The notes: a model not told the origin generated them from the letters alone. Shown: positions 8,002 through 16,663, counted from the stretch's first letter. The stretch is 32,000 nt of DNA from Rhodobacter capsulatus SB 1003 (GCF_000021865.1 NC_014034.1:3360001-3392000), one strand, 5' to 3'. Numbers and translations are program-made.

Positions 8002-10581
8002 TCAGGGCGTGGCGAAACGGTCCAGCAGACGGCGCAGATAGTCGCGTTCGGGCTCGGGGCGGCTCCGCTCGGCGGTGCGACGGCGGATTTCATCCAGCAG
8101 ATCGCGGGCGCGCCGATAGATGTCGTCGCCCTTCAAAAGATCCGAGTCGGTGCCGATCCGGCTGCCCTCGCCCGTGGCGCGGCCCAGCGGATCGCGCGGC
8201 AGCTCGCGTTCGCCATGCCCGCCCGTCGCATCGCCGCGCCGCTCCATTCCCTGCGCGCCCTGCCCGGTCTGACCCTGACCGCCCTCCTCGGCCAGAGCCT
8301 CGCCCAGCTGGCGCAAGCCCTCGCGCAGGGCTTCGATCGCATCGGCCTGCCGGTCCAGCGCGCCGCCCAGATCGCCCTCTTTCAGCGCCTGTTCGGCCCC
8401 GTCCATCGCTTCCCCGGCGCCGTCCAGCGCCCGTTCGGCCTGCCGCGCCGCCTCGCCGTCGAGCCGCGGCATCAGCCCGCGCTGCCGTTCCAGCTCGCGG
8501 CGCAGCGCATGCTGACGCCCGGCCAGGCTTTCGCCCGGATCGCCCTGCGCGCCCTCTCCGGCCTGCGGCTGAGCGTCGGGCTGCATCTGCGGCCCGCCCG
8601 GCCCCGGCTGTTCCAGCCCCGGATCGATCCCCTCGGGCTGCGGGCTGCGCTGCATCTGCCGAAAGGCATCGTCGGACAATTTCTGCTGCTCGCGCAGGGT
8701 CTGGCCAAGGTCCTTCATCGCCTTGCCCCCGGGGCCGTCGCCCTCGCCGCCCTCGCCCTGGGTGACCTTCATGTTTTCCATCAGCCGCGCCAGCTGATCG
8801 AGCAGCTCCTGCGCCTCGGCCATCTTGCCTTCCTCCATCAGACGCTGGATTTCCGCCATCATCTGCTGGATCTGATCGCCGGTGATGCGCTGGCTGTCCT
8901 GCTTTTGCCCGAATTGCGGCCCCTCTTCCTGATCGGTGGCGCGTTCGGCCAGCATCTGCAGGTAACGGTCGGTGGCCTCCTTCAGCTCGGCCATCAGCTT
9001 GGCGATCTCGTCCTTGGAGGCGCCGTTGCGGATCGCCTCGCTCAGCCGTTCCTGCGCCTGCTGCATGGCGGCCAAAGCATCGGCCAGACCGCCATCCTCC
9101 AGCAGTTTCGCCAGATCCCACAACACCTTGGCCACCTCGTCCCGGGCCTCGGGGGTCAGGGATGCCCCCTCCAGACGTTCGATCTGCGCATGCAGCGCCT
9201 CGGCCATCTGCGGCGCGGGGAACAGCCCCGCGGGCCGGTTCAGGATCGCCCGCAGCAATTGCGCCGTGCGGGGGGCGTTTTCGCGCGACCACAAAAGATC
9301 GCGGCGCAGCTCGATCAAGGCCGCCGCCCGCGGGTCAAAGAACCGCCGCCCGGGCAGATCAAGCGCCTGATCGCCGCTCGTGCCGGTCTGGCCCAGCCCG
9401 TCCTCGACCGAGAGCGAGAGCTTCACCGGCAGGTTCGCCCAGGGGTGTTCGGACATGTCCTCGATCAGCGTTTCGGTGAAATCCGCGCGCGAGCCGGTGA
9501 TCGGCAAGGGCAGATCAAAGGTCAGATCGGGGCGCGGCTCGGGGGCGATGGCCAGCCCGTAACGGCGGTCGACCGCGGCCAGATCGAGGCTGACCCGCGC
9601 CTGCCCCCGGACCACGCCGTAATCATCGCGCGCCTGAAAGGGCTGCGCCAGCTTGCCATCGGCGCGCCGTTCGGCCAGCCGCGGCAGGTCGACCACAGGC
9701 CCGGAATCGGACAGAAGCGTGACCCGGAAGACCCGCCCCGTCCGCCCGCCAATCTCGATCACGCCCGAGCGCCGGGCCATCAGATCCAGGCTTTGCACCT
9801 CTCCGCCCTCGGTCTTTTCGGGCGTGGCCGCGGGGCTTGAGACGGTTTCGCGGAAGGGCACAGACCCGGGCGCACCATAGAAACGGAAGGACAGCTTCGT
9901 GCCCTCGGGCAGGACCAGATCTTCGCCCTCGACGCCGTTCAGATAAAGCCCGGGCTTGCCGGTGTAGCGCGGCGGCTCGGCCCAGCCTTCCCAGGCGGGG
10001 CCCATCGCGGCCTCGGCGGCGCCGGGGGGCCGGGGATGTTCGGGCGGAGAAAAGATCGCCAGGGGCGCGCCGAAGATCAGCGCCACGGTGACGCCGGTCA
10101 GCGCGGAGATCCGCAGGCCATAGGGATCGCGCGGCGCCAGATCGGGCGCGGGCAGGGGCGCACGGGCACCTGCGGCGCGTTCGGCCATGCGGCCGCGGTG
10201 CAAGGCCCAAAGCGCGCGCGTCGCCGGATCGGTCTCGCCCAGCGTCAGACTGTCGGTCAGCGCCGCCAGCGGCCGGCCGGGCAGGGTCGCATCCAGCCGG
10301 GCAATCGCCTCGGCCCGGGTGGGGATGCGGAACCGGCGCAGCCCGAACGCGGCCAGAACCACTGCCAGAAACCCGAGCGCCCCGGCCAGAACCGGCCATT
10401 GCCCCGCGCCCAGATGATCGGGCAGCCGAAAGGCCAAAAGGGTGAAGGTCACGGCCGCCAAGCTCAGCAGTGGCCAGAAGGCGCGCAGCAGCCGTTCGGC
10501 CAGCATCGCCGCCCGCGTCAGCGCGATCGGTCGGGCCAGCGGGGCGAGCGGGTCGCCCGGAAGGGGCGGCGGCGGCGGCAT
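8002..10581 (-). CDS. TIGR02302 / DUF4175-family large membrane-anchored low-complexity protein (alphaproteobacteria-specific)
   Basis: 859 aa with 2-3 N-terminal TM helices (FWPLLSLAAVTFTLLAF, WPVLAGALGFLAVVLAAFGL). It has a long C-terminal region with charged and Gly/Gln-rich low complexity. Its size and its position just downstream of lysA fit the TIGR02302 description. AAGGA lies 3-4 nt before the ATG at 10581. Confidence 0.75.
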   Translation of the reverse strand: MPPPPPLPGDPLAPLARPIALTRAAMLAERLLRAFWPLLSLAAVTFTLLAFRLPDHLGAGQWPVLAGALGFLAVVLAAFGLRRFRIPTRAEAIARLDATLPGRPLAALTDSLTLGETDPATRALWALHRGRMAERAAGARAPLPAPDLAPRDPYGLRISALTGVTVALIFGAPLAIFSPPEHPRPPGAAEAAMGPAWEGWAEPPRYTGKPGLYLNGVEGEDLVLPEGTKLSFRFYGAPGSVPFRETVSSPAATPEKTEGGEVQSLDLMARRSGVIEIGGRTGRVFRVTLLSDSGPVVDLPRLAERRADGKLAQPFQARDDYGVVRGQARVSLDLAAVDRRYGLAIAPEPRPDLTFDLPLPITGSRADFTETLIEDMSEHPWANLPVKLSLSVEDGLGQTGTSGDQALDLPGRRFFDPRAAALIELRRDLLWSRENAPRTAQLLRAILNRPAGLFPAPQMAEALHAQIERLEGASLTPEARDEVAKVLWDLAKLLEDGGLADALAAMQQAQERLSEAIRNGASKDEIAKLMAELKEATDRYLQMLAERATDQEEGPQFGQKQDSQRITGDQIQQMMAEIQRLMEEGKMAEAQELLDQLARLMENMKVTQGEGGEGDGPGGKAMKDLGQTLREQQKLSDDAFRQMQRSPQPEGIDPGLEQPGPGGPQMQPDAQPQAGEGAQGDPGESLAGRQHALRRELERQRGLMPRLDGEAARQAERALDGAGEAMDGAEQALKEGDLGGALDRQADAIEALREGLRQLGEALAEEGGQGQTGQGAQGMERRGDATGGHGERELPRDPLGRATGEGSRIGTDSDLLKGDDIYRRARDLLDEIRRRTAERSRPEPERDYLRRLLDRFATP

Positions 10582-10608
10582 CGGTCCTTTCCGGCCCCGA
10601 CTACGGGA

Positions 10609-11877
10609 TCAGAGCCATTCGGGGATGCTATCGCGGGCCAGCATTTCCTCAAAGCTCGGTCTTTGCCGGATGACGGCGAAGTGATCCCCGCTGACCAGCA
10701 CCTCGGGGATCAGCGGGCGGGAATTGTATTCGGACGCCATCACCGCGCCGTAAGCCCCGGCCGAGCGGAAGGCGACCAGATCGCCCTCGGCCATCGGCGG
10801 CAGCTCGCGGCCCTTGGTGAAGGTGTCGCCCGTCTCGCAGACCGGGCCGACGACATCGAAGGGCTGCGGCGCAAGGCCCGGCGCGGGCTCGATCACCGGG
10901 ACGATGTCGTGATGCGCGCCATACATCGAGGGCCGGACCAGATCGTTCATCGCCGCATCGACGATCAGGAAGTTCCGCCCCTCGCCTTCCTTCAGATAGA
11001 TGACCGAGGTCACCATCAGCCCGGCATTGCCGGAAATCAGCCGCCCCGGTTCGATCTCGATCTCGCAGCCCAGATCGCCCAGAACGCGGGTGATCATCGC
11101 GCCGTAATCGGTGGGCAGGGGCGGCGCCTCGTTCGAGCGCTGGTGATAGGGGATGCCAAGGCCGCCCCCCAGATCGAGGCGGCGGATCTTGTGGCCATCC
11201 TCGCGCAGCGCCAGCGTCAGCTCGCGGACCTTGGTGAAGGCGGCTTCAAACGGCGCCAGATCGGTCAGCTGGCTGCCGATATGGACATCGACGCCGATCA
11301 CCTCGATCCCGGGCAGTTTCGCGGCCTCGGCATAAACCGCGCGGGCCTTGGCAATCGGAATGCCGAACTTGTTTTCCGACTTGCCGGTGGCGATCTTTTC
11401 ATGGGTCTTGGCATCGACATCGGGGTTCACCCGCAAGGCAATCGGCGCGGTGACGCCCAGCGCCGTGGCAATTTCCGATATCGCCCGCAGCTCGGGTTCG
11501 CTTTCGACGTTGAACTGCCGGATGCCCCCGGTCAGCGCCAGCCGGATTTCGTCGCGCGTCTTGCCGACGCCGGAAAAGACGATGCGGTCGCCCGGCACGC
11601 CCGCGGCTTTCGCGCGGCGGTATTCGCCGCCCGAGACCACATCCATCCCCGCGCCCAGATCGCCCAGCAGCTTCAGCACCGCCAGGTTCGAATTCGACTT
11701 GATCGCGAAACAGACCAGATGATCGGTGCCCGCCAGCGCGGCATCGAAGAGCTGGAAATGCCGGGTCAGGGTCGCGGCGGAATAGACGTAGAAGGGCGTG
11801 CCGACGGCGGCCGCAATCTCGGTCAGGGCCACGTCCTCGGCATGCAGCACGCCATTGCGGTAGAGAAAATGATCCAT
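10609..11877 (-). CDS. lysA: Diaminopimelate decarboxylase
   Basis: Start at ATG 11877 (MDHFLYRNGVLHAEDV...), preceded by GGAGGG. It is a PLP-dependent fold-III decarboxylase (FAIKSNSN, HIGSQ, LDLGGGLGI, CETGD, SAGAYG), 422 aa. The track ORF extension to 11979 is not supported. Confidence 0.95.
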   Translation of the reverse strand: MDHFLYRNGVLHAEDVALTEIAAAVGTPFYVYSAATLTRHFQLFDAALAGTDHLVCFAIKSNSNLAVLKLLGDLGAGMDVVSGGEYRRAKAAGVPGDRIVFSGVGKTRDEIRLALTGGIRQFNVESEPELRAISEIATALGVTAPIALRVNPDVDAKTHEKIATGKSENKFGIPIAKARAVYAEAAKLPGIEVIGVDVHIGSQLTDLAPFEAAFTKVRELTLALREDGHKIRRLDLGGGLGIPYHQRSNEAPPLPTDYGAMITRVLGDLGCEIEIEPGRLISGNAGLMVTSVIYLKEGEGRNFLIVDAAMNDLVRPSMYGAHHDIVPVIEPAPGLAPQPFDVVGPVCETGDTFTKGRELPPMAEGDLVAFRSAGAYGAVMASEYNSRPLIPEVLVSGDHFAVIRQRPSFEEMLARDSIPEWL

Positions 11878-11935
11878 CGCGCCCTCCGACTGTTCGGGCG
11901 TTCTTAGCCGGTCGGGCCGGTCAAGAAAAGCGCTC

Positions 11936-12136
11936 TCAGAGCCCCATGCCCAGATGCAGCCAGCCCAGCCGCGTGCCAACGGTGCCGCGGCCGTTGCTGT
12001 TCACCCCAAGCCGCACCGGGCCGACGCCGGTCGACACCCCGGTCGTCACCTGCCCGGCCGGGTTGGCATGCACATTCGCCCGCGGCCCGGAACAGGCCGC
12101 AAGCAGGATCAGCAGCAGCGGCAGCGCGAGCCTCAC
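11936..12136 (-). CDS. Small lipoprotein (66 aa), function unknown
   Basis: GTG start overlapping the upstream stop (GTGA, 12133-12136). The sequence MRLALPLLLILLAACSGP... has a signal peptide plus a lipobox (LAAC). The third codon position is GC-rich. Confidence 0.6.
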   Translation of the reverse strand: MRLALPLLLILLAACSGPRANVHANPAGQVTTGVSTGVGPVRLGVNSNGRGTVGTRLGWLHLGMGL

Positions 12137-12273
12137 AGCCTGCCCGCCACGCCCATCCGCGCCTCGCCGGTGATCGAGAGGCCGGGGGTCGTGGATTGCG
12201 GCGGCGTCGGCGGGCCGTCGACGCCACAGGCCGCGACGAAGGTCAGAACCGACAGGGCCAGAAGGATACGCAT
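12133..12273 (-). CDS. Small lipoprotein (46 aa), LptM/YifL-like
   Basis: Internal ATG at 12273 of ORF 12133..12387, preceded by GGAGG that abuts the argH stop. The sequence is MRILLALSVLTFVAACGVDGPPTPP.... A lipobox followed by CG-x-x-GP-P resembles PF13627-type short lipoproteins, which are often encoded next to lysA/dapF. Confidence 0.6.
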   Translation of the reverse strand: MRILLALSVLTFVAACGVDGPPTPPQSTTPGLSITGEARMGVAGRL

Positions 12274-12286
12274 GAAACCTCCGATC

Positions 12287-13684
12287 TCAGGCCAGAAGCC
12301 CCTGCCAGCGCGCCACCTGGGCGCGGACCTGATCGGGGGCAGTGCCACCGTAGGATTGCCGCGAGGCGACCGAATTGTGAACCCCAAGCACGGAATAGAC
12401 CGCCTCGGTCAGCGCCGGATGGGCGGATTTCAGCTCTTCGAGGCTCAGATCGGGCAGATCGCAGCCCTTCTTCTCCGCCAGCGCGACGAGCGAGCCGGTG
12501 ACGTGATGGGCGTCGCGGAAGGGCAGACCGGCCTCGCGCACCAGCCAGTCGGCAAGGTCCGTCGCGGTGGAAAAGCCCGACGAGGCCGCGGCTTCCAGTT
12601 TCGCGGTGTTCACCGTCAGATCCGACATCATCCCGGTCATCGCCGCCAAGGCCAGCATCAGCGTGTCGGCGGCATCGAAGACCTGTTCCTTGTCTTCCTG
12701 CATGTCCTTGGAATAGGCGAGCGGCAGGCCCTTCATCACGGTGAAGAGCGCGACAGCCGCGCCCAGCACCCGGCCGATCTTCGCCCGGATCAGCTCTGCC
12801 GCATCGGGGTTGCGCTTTTGCGGCATGATCGAGGAGCCCGTCGACCATTTGTCCGACATCGCCACGAAGCGGAACTGCGCCGAGGACCAGATCACCAGTT
12901 CCTCTGCCAGACGGCTGAGGTGGACCGAGCAGATCGCCGCCGCGGACAGGAATTCGAGCGCGAAATCGCGGTCCGACACGCCATCCAGGCTGTTTGCCAT
13001 CGGCCGGTCAAAGCCCAAAGCCTGCGCCGTCATGTGCCGGTCGATCGGGAAGCCCGTGCCCGCCAGCGCCGCCGAGCCGAGCGGGCATTCGTTCATCCGC
13101 TTGCGCGCGTCTTCAAAGCGGCTCCGGTCGCGGGCGAACATCTCGACATAGGCCATCATGTGATGGCCCCAGGTCACCGGCTGCGCCGTCTGCAGATGGG
13201 TGAAGCCCGGCATCACCCAATCGGCGCCCTTTTCGGCTTGCGCCACCAGCACCTTCATCAGCGCCGTCAGCGAGGTGATCGCCGCATCGGCCTGATCGCG
13301 GACCCAAAGCCGGAAATCGGTCGCCACCTGGTCGTTGCGGCTCCGCGCCGTGTGCAGCCGCCCCGCCGGTTCGCCGATCAGCGCCTTCAGCCGCGCCTCG
13401 ACATTCATGTGGATGTCCTCAAGCGCGGTCGAAAACGGGAAATCGCCCGCCTCGATCTCTGACAAGACCGTGAGCAACCCTTCCCCGATCGCCTCGGCAT
13501 CGCTATTCGTGAGAATACCCGTCGCGGCCAGCATCGCCGCATGGGCCCGGCTGCCGCGGATATCCTGTGCGTAAAGCCGCTTGTCGAACGAGATCGAGGC
13601 GTTGATCGCCTCCATGATCGCGTCCGGACCGGCGGCAAAGCGCCCGCCCCACATGGCGTTCGAGGAGTTCGTGTCGTCGGTCAT
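12287..13684 (-). CDS. argH: Argininosuccinate lyase
   Basis: The sequence [52 protein letters not shown]...[10 protein letters not shown]...[12 protein letters not shown] is canonical ArgH. The start is most likely ATG 13684; the alternatives at 13708 and 13711 would overlap the divergent tlpA-like start. Confidence 0.93.
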   Translation of the reverse strand: MTDDTNSSNAMWGGRFAAGPDAIMEAINASISFDKRLYAQDIRGSRAHAAMLAATGILTNSDAEAIGEGLLTVLSEIEAGDFPFSTALEDIHMNVEARLKALIGEPAGRLHTARSRNDQVATDFRLWVRDQADAAITSLTALMKVLVAQAEKGADWVMPGFTHLQTAQPVTWGHHMMAYVEMFARDRSRFEDARKRMNECPLGSAALAGTGFPIDRHMTAQALGFDRPMANSLDGVSDRDFALEFLSAAAICSVHLSRLAEELVIWSSAQFRFVAMSDKWSTGSSIMPQKRNPDAAELIRAKIGRVLGAAVALFTVMKGLPLAYSKDMQEDKEQVFDAADTLMLALAAMTGMMSDLTVNTAKLEAAASSGFSTATDLADWLVREAGLPFRDAHHVTGSLVALAEKKGCDLPDLSLEELKSAHPALTEAVYSVLGVHNSVASRQSYGGTAPDQVRAQVARWQGLLA

Positions 13685-13709
13685 CGTCAGGCCCTTCGTC
13701 GGAGGCATC

Positions 13710-14255
13710 ATGCTGCGGTTGTTCGTCCTTTATACGGCCCTTGCCCTTTGCGCAAATGCCGCGCCCGCCGCCGACCTGTCGGCGCTGAAACAGGGCGAGA
13801 TGAAGAAACTCGCCGTCTTCACCGAGCCGCTGGCCCTGCCCGAGATCCCCTTTGTCGATGAAACCGGGACCCGCCACCGGCTGGCCGATTACCGCGGCAA
13901 GGTGGTGCTTTTGAACCTTTGGGCGACCTGGTGTGCTCCCTGCCGCAAGGAAATGCCCGATATCGCGGCGCTTCAGGCCGAGATCGGCGGGGATGATTTC
14001 ACCGTGCTGACGGTGGCCTCCAGCAATCGCGACACCCAGGCGAAGGTGGGCGCGTTCTTCGAAAAGCAGGGCATCACCCAGCTGCCGCGGATGATCGACG
14101 AAACCGAACGGCTGCCGCGGGCGCTGGGGGTTCCCGGCCTGCCCGCCTCGTTCCTGATCGACCGTCAGGGGCAGATCGTGGCGCAGCTCTTGGGCCCGGC
14201 CGATTGGTCGAGCCCGGAAGCGAAAGCCGTGATCGCCGCGCTGCGCGCCGAGTGA
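13710..14255 (+). CDS. TlpA/ResA-family periplasmic thiol:disulfide oxidoreductase (thioredoxin fold)
   Basis: Start at ATG 13710, preceded by GGAGG (13701-13705). It has a signal peptide ([20 protein letters not shown]) and the active site [13 protein letters not shown]. Confidence 0.85.
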   Translation: MLRLFVLYTALALCANAAPAADLSALKQGEMKKLAVFTEPLALPEIPFVDETGTRHRLADYRGKVVLLNLWATWCAPCRKEMPDIAALQAEIGGDDFTVLTVASSNRDTQAKVGAFFEKQGITQLPRMIDETERLPRALGVPGLPASFLIDRQGQIVAQLLGPADWSSPEAKAVIAALRAE

Positions 14256-15491
14256 TCAGCGCGAATCGGCGCGCATGAACTGGTTCATCGAGGACCCGAT
14301 CTCCTCCGACAGGCGCATGATCGATTCGAGCCGGTTCTTGATGTCGGCGTGGAAAATGTCGAGCTGATCGATCGTCGCCGAAAGCCCGCCGCTGCTGTCG
14401 CGCATCCGCCCGCATTCGACACGGCCCAGCACCCGGATCGTGTCGAGCCCCAGCATCAGGCGGCGAATCTCGGCGCTGGCGCGGAACAGTTCCTCGGCAT
14501 GGCCGACCGCGCGCATCATCGCGTCGCGCGTGTCGGCATAGGACCGGGCCTCCAGTTCGCGCAGCAGGTTGCGTTCCACGTTCCAGTCGATTCCCTCGAC
14601 CGCGGCAACATCGCGGAACCCCGCGTTCATTTCCTTCAGCACCCGGTTCGAGCCGAGCAGGAACAGCGCCCGGGCGGCCTGACGGGACACGCGGTCGCAC
14701 AGGTTGTCGCGACCGGCCACGAAACTGCGCAGCCGTTCGGAAATCACCAGCGACGAGGCCTTGTAATTCTCCGAGATCGCCGAGACCGGACCGCCCGAAG
14801 GTTCCAGCCGCGAGGCGACGATGCGCATGTTGTTCGGGATCGACTGCAGCGCCTCGAAGCTGCGCAGAAGCTTTGTCTGTTCCTGCGTCACCCGCTCGAG
14901 CGACTTGTTCATGTCGATCAGCCGCTGCGTGCGCGGATCGGCCGGACGGCCAAGCCGCGCATCCCGCGCCGCCAGCTCCTGCCCCAGCGCGAAAGCCATG
15001 TAGCTTGTATAGCTGGAAAATCCTTCGGCCAGGGCGAGGGCGCGCAACTCTCCGGCGCTGACCTCGGGATCAAGCCGCTCGGCGCGTTCGCGCGTGCTCA
15101 GCTTGACATAGACCTCGCGGAACCGGTCGAAAAGCTGCGTCGAGGGTTTCAGCCGCACCGACAGATAGCCGCCATCGACCGGCATCAGGACGGCGAAGAC
15201 CCAGTAGATATCGCCGTTGCGGACGCGGTTCTTGACATAGGCGCCCATCGGATGGCCTGCGCCCAGCGCACTCCACAGGATGCGGAACACGCCGCGCGGC
15301 GTGTCGGGATGCCGGACGATCTTGTGCGGGGCCCCCAGAAGTTCGGACCAGTCGAATCCGGAAACGCGGTGAAACACCTCGTTGCCGGCGATGATCACCC
15401 CGCGCTTGTCGGTGCGGGAGTAAAACAGCTCGTCGAAGCCGAAGGGGGCTTCGTTCTCCTGCGATTTGGAAAGGTCGGTCGGCGCGGTCAT
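14256..15491 (-). CDS. Aer-type PAS (FAD-type) sensor with a C-terminal helical domain carrying two MCP-hairpin-tip-like segments; no TM or HAMP seen
   Basis: The N-terminus FYSRTDKRGVIIAGNEVFHRVSGFDWSELLGAPHKIVRHPDTPRGVFRILW...VKNRVRNGDIYWV matches the Aer PAS pattern (..MVRHPDMP...VKNRRKNGDHYWV). The C-terminal half has the segments NNMRIVASRLEPSGGPVSAISENY and VLGRVECGRMRDSSGGLSATIDQL. The start is ATG 15491 or 15524; neither has a strong SD. Confidence 0.75.
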   Translation of the reverse strand: MTAPTDLSKSQENEAPFGFDELFYSRTDKRGVIIAGNEVFHRVSGFDWSELLGAPHKIVRHPDTPRGVFRILWSALGAGHPMGAYVKNRVRNGDIYWVFAVLMPVDGGYLSVRLKPSTQLFDRFREVYVKLSTRERAERLDPEVSAGELRALALAEGFSSYTSYMAFALGQELAARDARLGRPADPRTQRLIDMNKSLERVTQEQTKLLRSFEALQSIPNNMRIVASRLEPSGGPVSAISENYKASSLVISERLRSFVAGRDNLCDRVSRQAARALFLLGSNRVLKEMNAGFRDVAAVEGIDWNVERNLLRELEARSYADTRDAMMRAVGHAEELFRASAEIRRLMLGLDTIRVLGRVECGRMRDSSGGLSATIDQLDIFHADIKNRLESIMRLSEEIGSSMNQFMRADSR

Positions 15492-15667
15492 GATTACCCT
15501 GAAGCTGGACACTGCGGCAACCATAGCGCGTCAGGGTAAGCGAAACGTATACAACCGAAGGTTTATCTGGAAAGGTTCTCATTAACCACCCGGCGCGGAA
15601 ACTGTGGCGCTTTACCAGTTGTTAGCCGAAATCGCGGAATCTGGCACGGAACCTGATGGAGGGGCCG

Positions 15668-16510
15668 ATGTCGAAAATTCCGCTGTCGCTGCGCGAGTCG
15701 CTCGATCCGGCCGAATCCAGTCCGCTGAATTTCGCCGTCGCCCAGCGCGACCGGGAAACCCTGTCGATGGTCACCCGCGCCGTGGAACGCCGCGACGTGG
15801 TGCTGGCCTTTCAACCCGTGGTGCAGACCCTGCGCCCCGACCGCCCCGCCTTCTACGAAGGGCTGATCCGGGTGCTGGACGACACCGGCCGGGTGATTCC
15901 GGCGCAGGATTTCATCGGCGCCGCCGAAACCACCGAAATCGGCCGCAAGCTGGACTGTCTGGCGCTGGAAATGGGGCTTTTGTCGCTGGCCGAGGATCGC
16001 AGCCTGCGGTTGTCGGTGAACATGTCCGCCCGCTCGATCGGCTACCCGGACTGGATGCGCATTCTCAACCGCGGCCTGGCGATGGATGACCGCATCGGCG
16101 AAAGGCTGATTCTGGAAATCACCGAATCCTCGGCGATGATGATGCCGGAACTGGTGTCGGTCTTCATGCAGGACATGCAGACGAAGGGCATCTGTTTCGC
16201 GCTGGATGATTTCGGCGCGGGCTACACCTCGTTCCGCTATCTGCGCGAATTCTACTTCGACATCCTGAAGATCGACGGCCAGTTCATCACCGGCATCGCC
16301 CGCAATCCCGACAACCAGATCCTGACCCAGGCGCTGATGTCGATTTCCCGGCATTTCGACATGTTCACCGTTGCCGAAGCGGTGGAAACGGCCGAGGATG
16401 CGGCCTGGCTGACACGTGCGGGCATCGACTGCATGCAGGGCTATTATTTCGGCGCGCCGACGATCATGCCGCCGTGGAAAGCGCCCACGACCCACAAGGC
16501 CGGGATCTGA
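15668..16510 (+). CDS. Stand-alone EAL-domain protein (c-di-GMP phosphodiesterase, catalytic residues present)
   Basis: YEGLIR (EAL motif variant EGL), SVNMS, LILEITES, ALDDFGAGYTS, LKIDGQF, AEAVET and CMQGYYFG are all present. I prefer ATG 15668 (GGAGGGG 5 nt upstream) over ATG 15656. Confidence 0.85.
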   Translation: MSKIPLSLRESLDPAESSPLNFAVAQRDRETLSMVTRAVERRDVVLAFQPVVQTLRPDRPAFYEGLIRVLDDTGRVIPAQDFIGAAETTEIGRKLDCLALEMGLLSLAEDRSLRLSVNMSARSIGYPDWMRILNRGLAMDDRIGERLILEITESSAMMMPELVSVFMQDMQTKGICFALDDFGAGYTSFRYLREFYFDILKIDGQFITGIARNPDNQILTQALMSISRHFDMFTVAEAVETAEDAAWLTRAGIDCMQGYYFGAPTIMPPWKAPTTHKAGI

Positions 16511-16536
16511 CACCCGGCCCGGCCGCCCGATTTCAT

Positions 16537-16555
16537 CGCGCAACAAAATTGCGCG
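16537..16555. promoter_or_regulatory. Perfect palindrome CGCGCAA-N5-TTGCGCG upstream of phaA (candidate operator)
   Basis: CGCGCAACAAAATTGCGCG is immediately preceded by the 13-mer CCGATTTCATCGC (16527-16539; the two overlap by 3 nt). It is followed by GATAATATTGCCA (16563-16575) and CTTGAC (16582-16587). The phaA ATG is at 16664. Confidence 0.45.
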
Positions 16556-16663
16556 AACGGGAGATAATATTGCCAAATCTGCTTGACCTCTTGCGGCCTT
16601 TCGGCATGCTGCACAGCGGCAATGGGCGTCTTTGCGCCCGAAATCCTGTGAGGAGGGAAATTC

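Noticed and set aside
8090-11907. Long off-frame or antisense ORFs (8090..9292 -, 8215..9840 +, 9623..10399 -, 10036..11907 +) over the TIGR02302 and lysA genes
   Set aside because: They have the same shadow-ORF character, with extreme Arg/Gly/Ala content. lysA is unambiguous in its own frame.
15575-15580. CtrA-type TTAA-N7-TTAAC boxes (isolated TTAAC/TTAA at 15575, 17898, 19918, 20901, 23905 and 29437)
   Set aside because: Only single half-sites were seen, and none has a partner at 7-nt spacing.
15642-15656. Sigma54-like TGGCAC-N5-CTGA upstream of the EAL gene
   Set aside because: The -12 element matches only 2 of 4 positions (TTGC expected). The site sits about 10 nt from the start codon, leaving no room for a leader.
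16609-16619. PhaR-type CTGC-N3-GCAG box near phaA (CTGCACAGCGG)
   Set aside because: The right half is imperfect (GCGG instead of GCAG). A single weak site is not enough to call PhaR binding.
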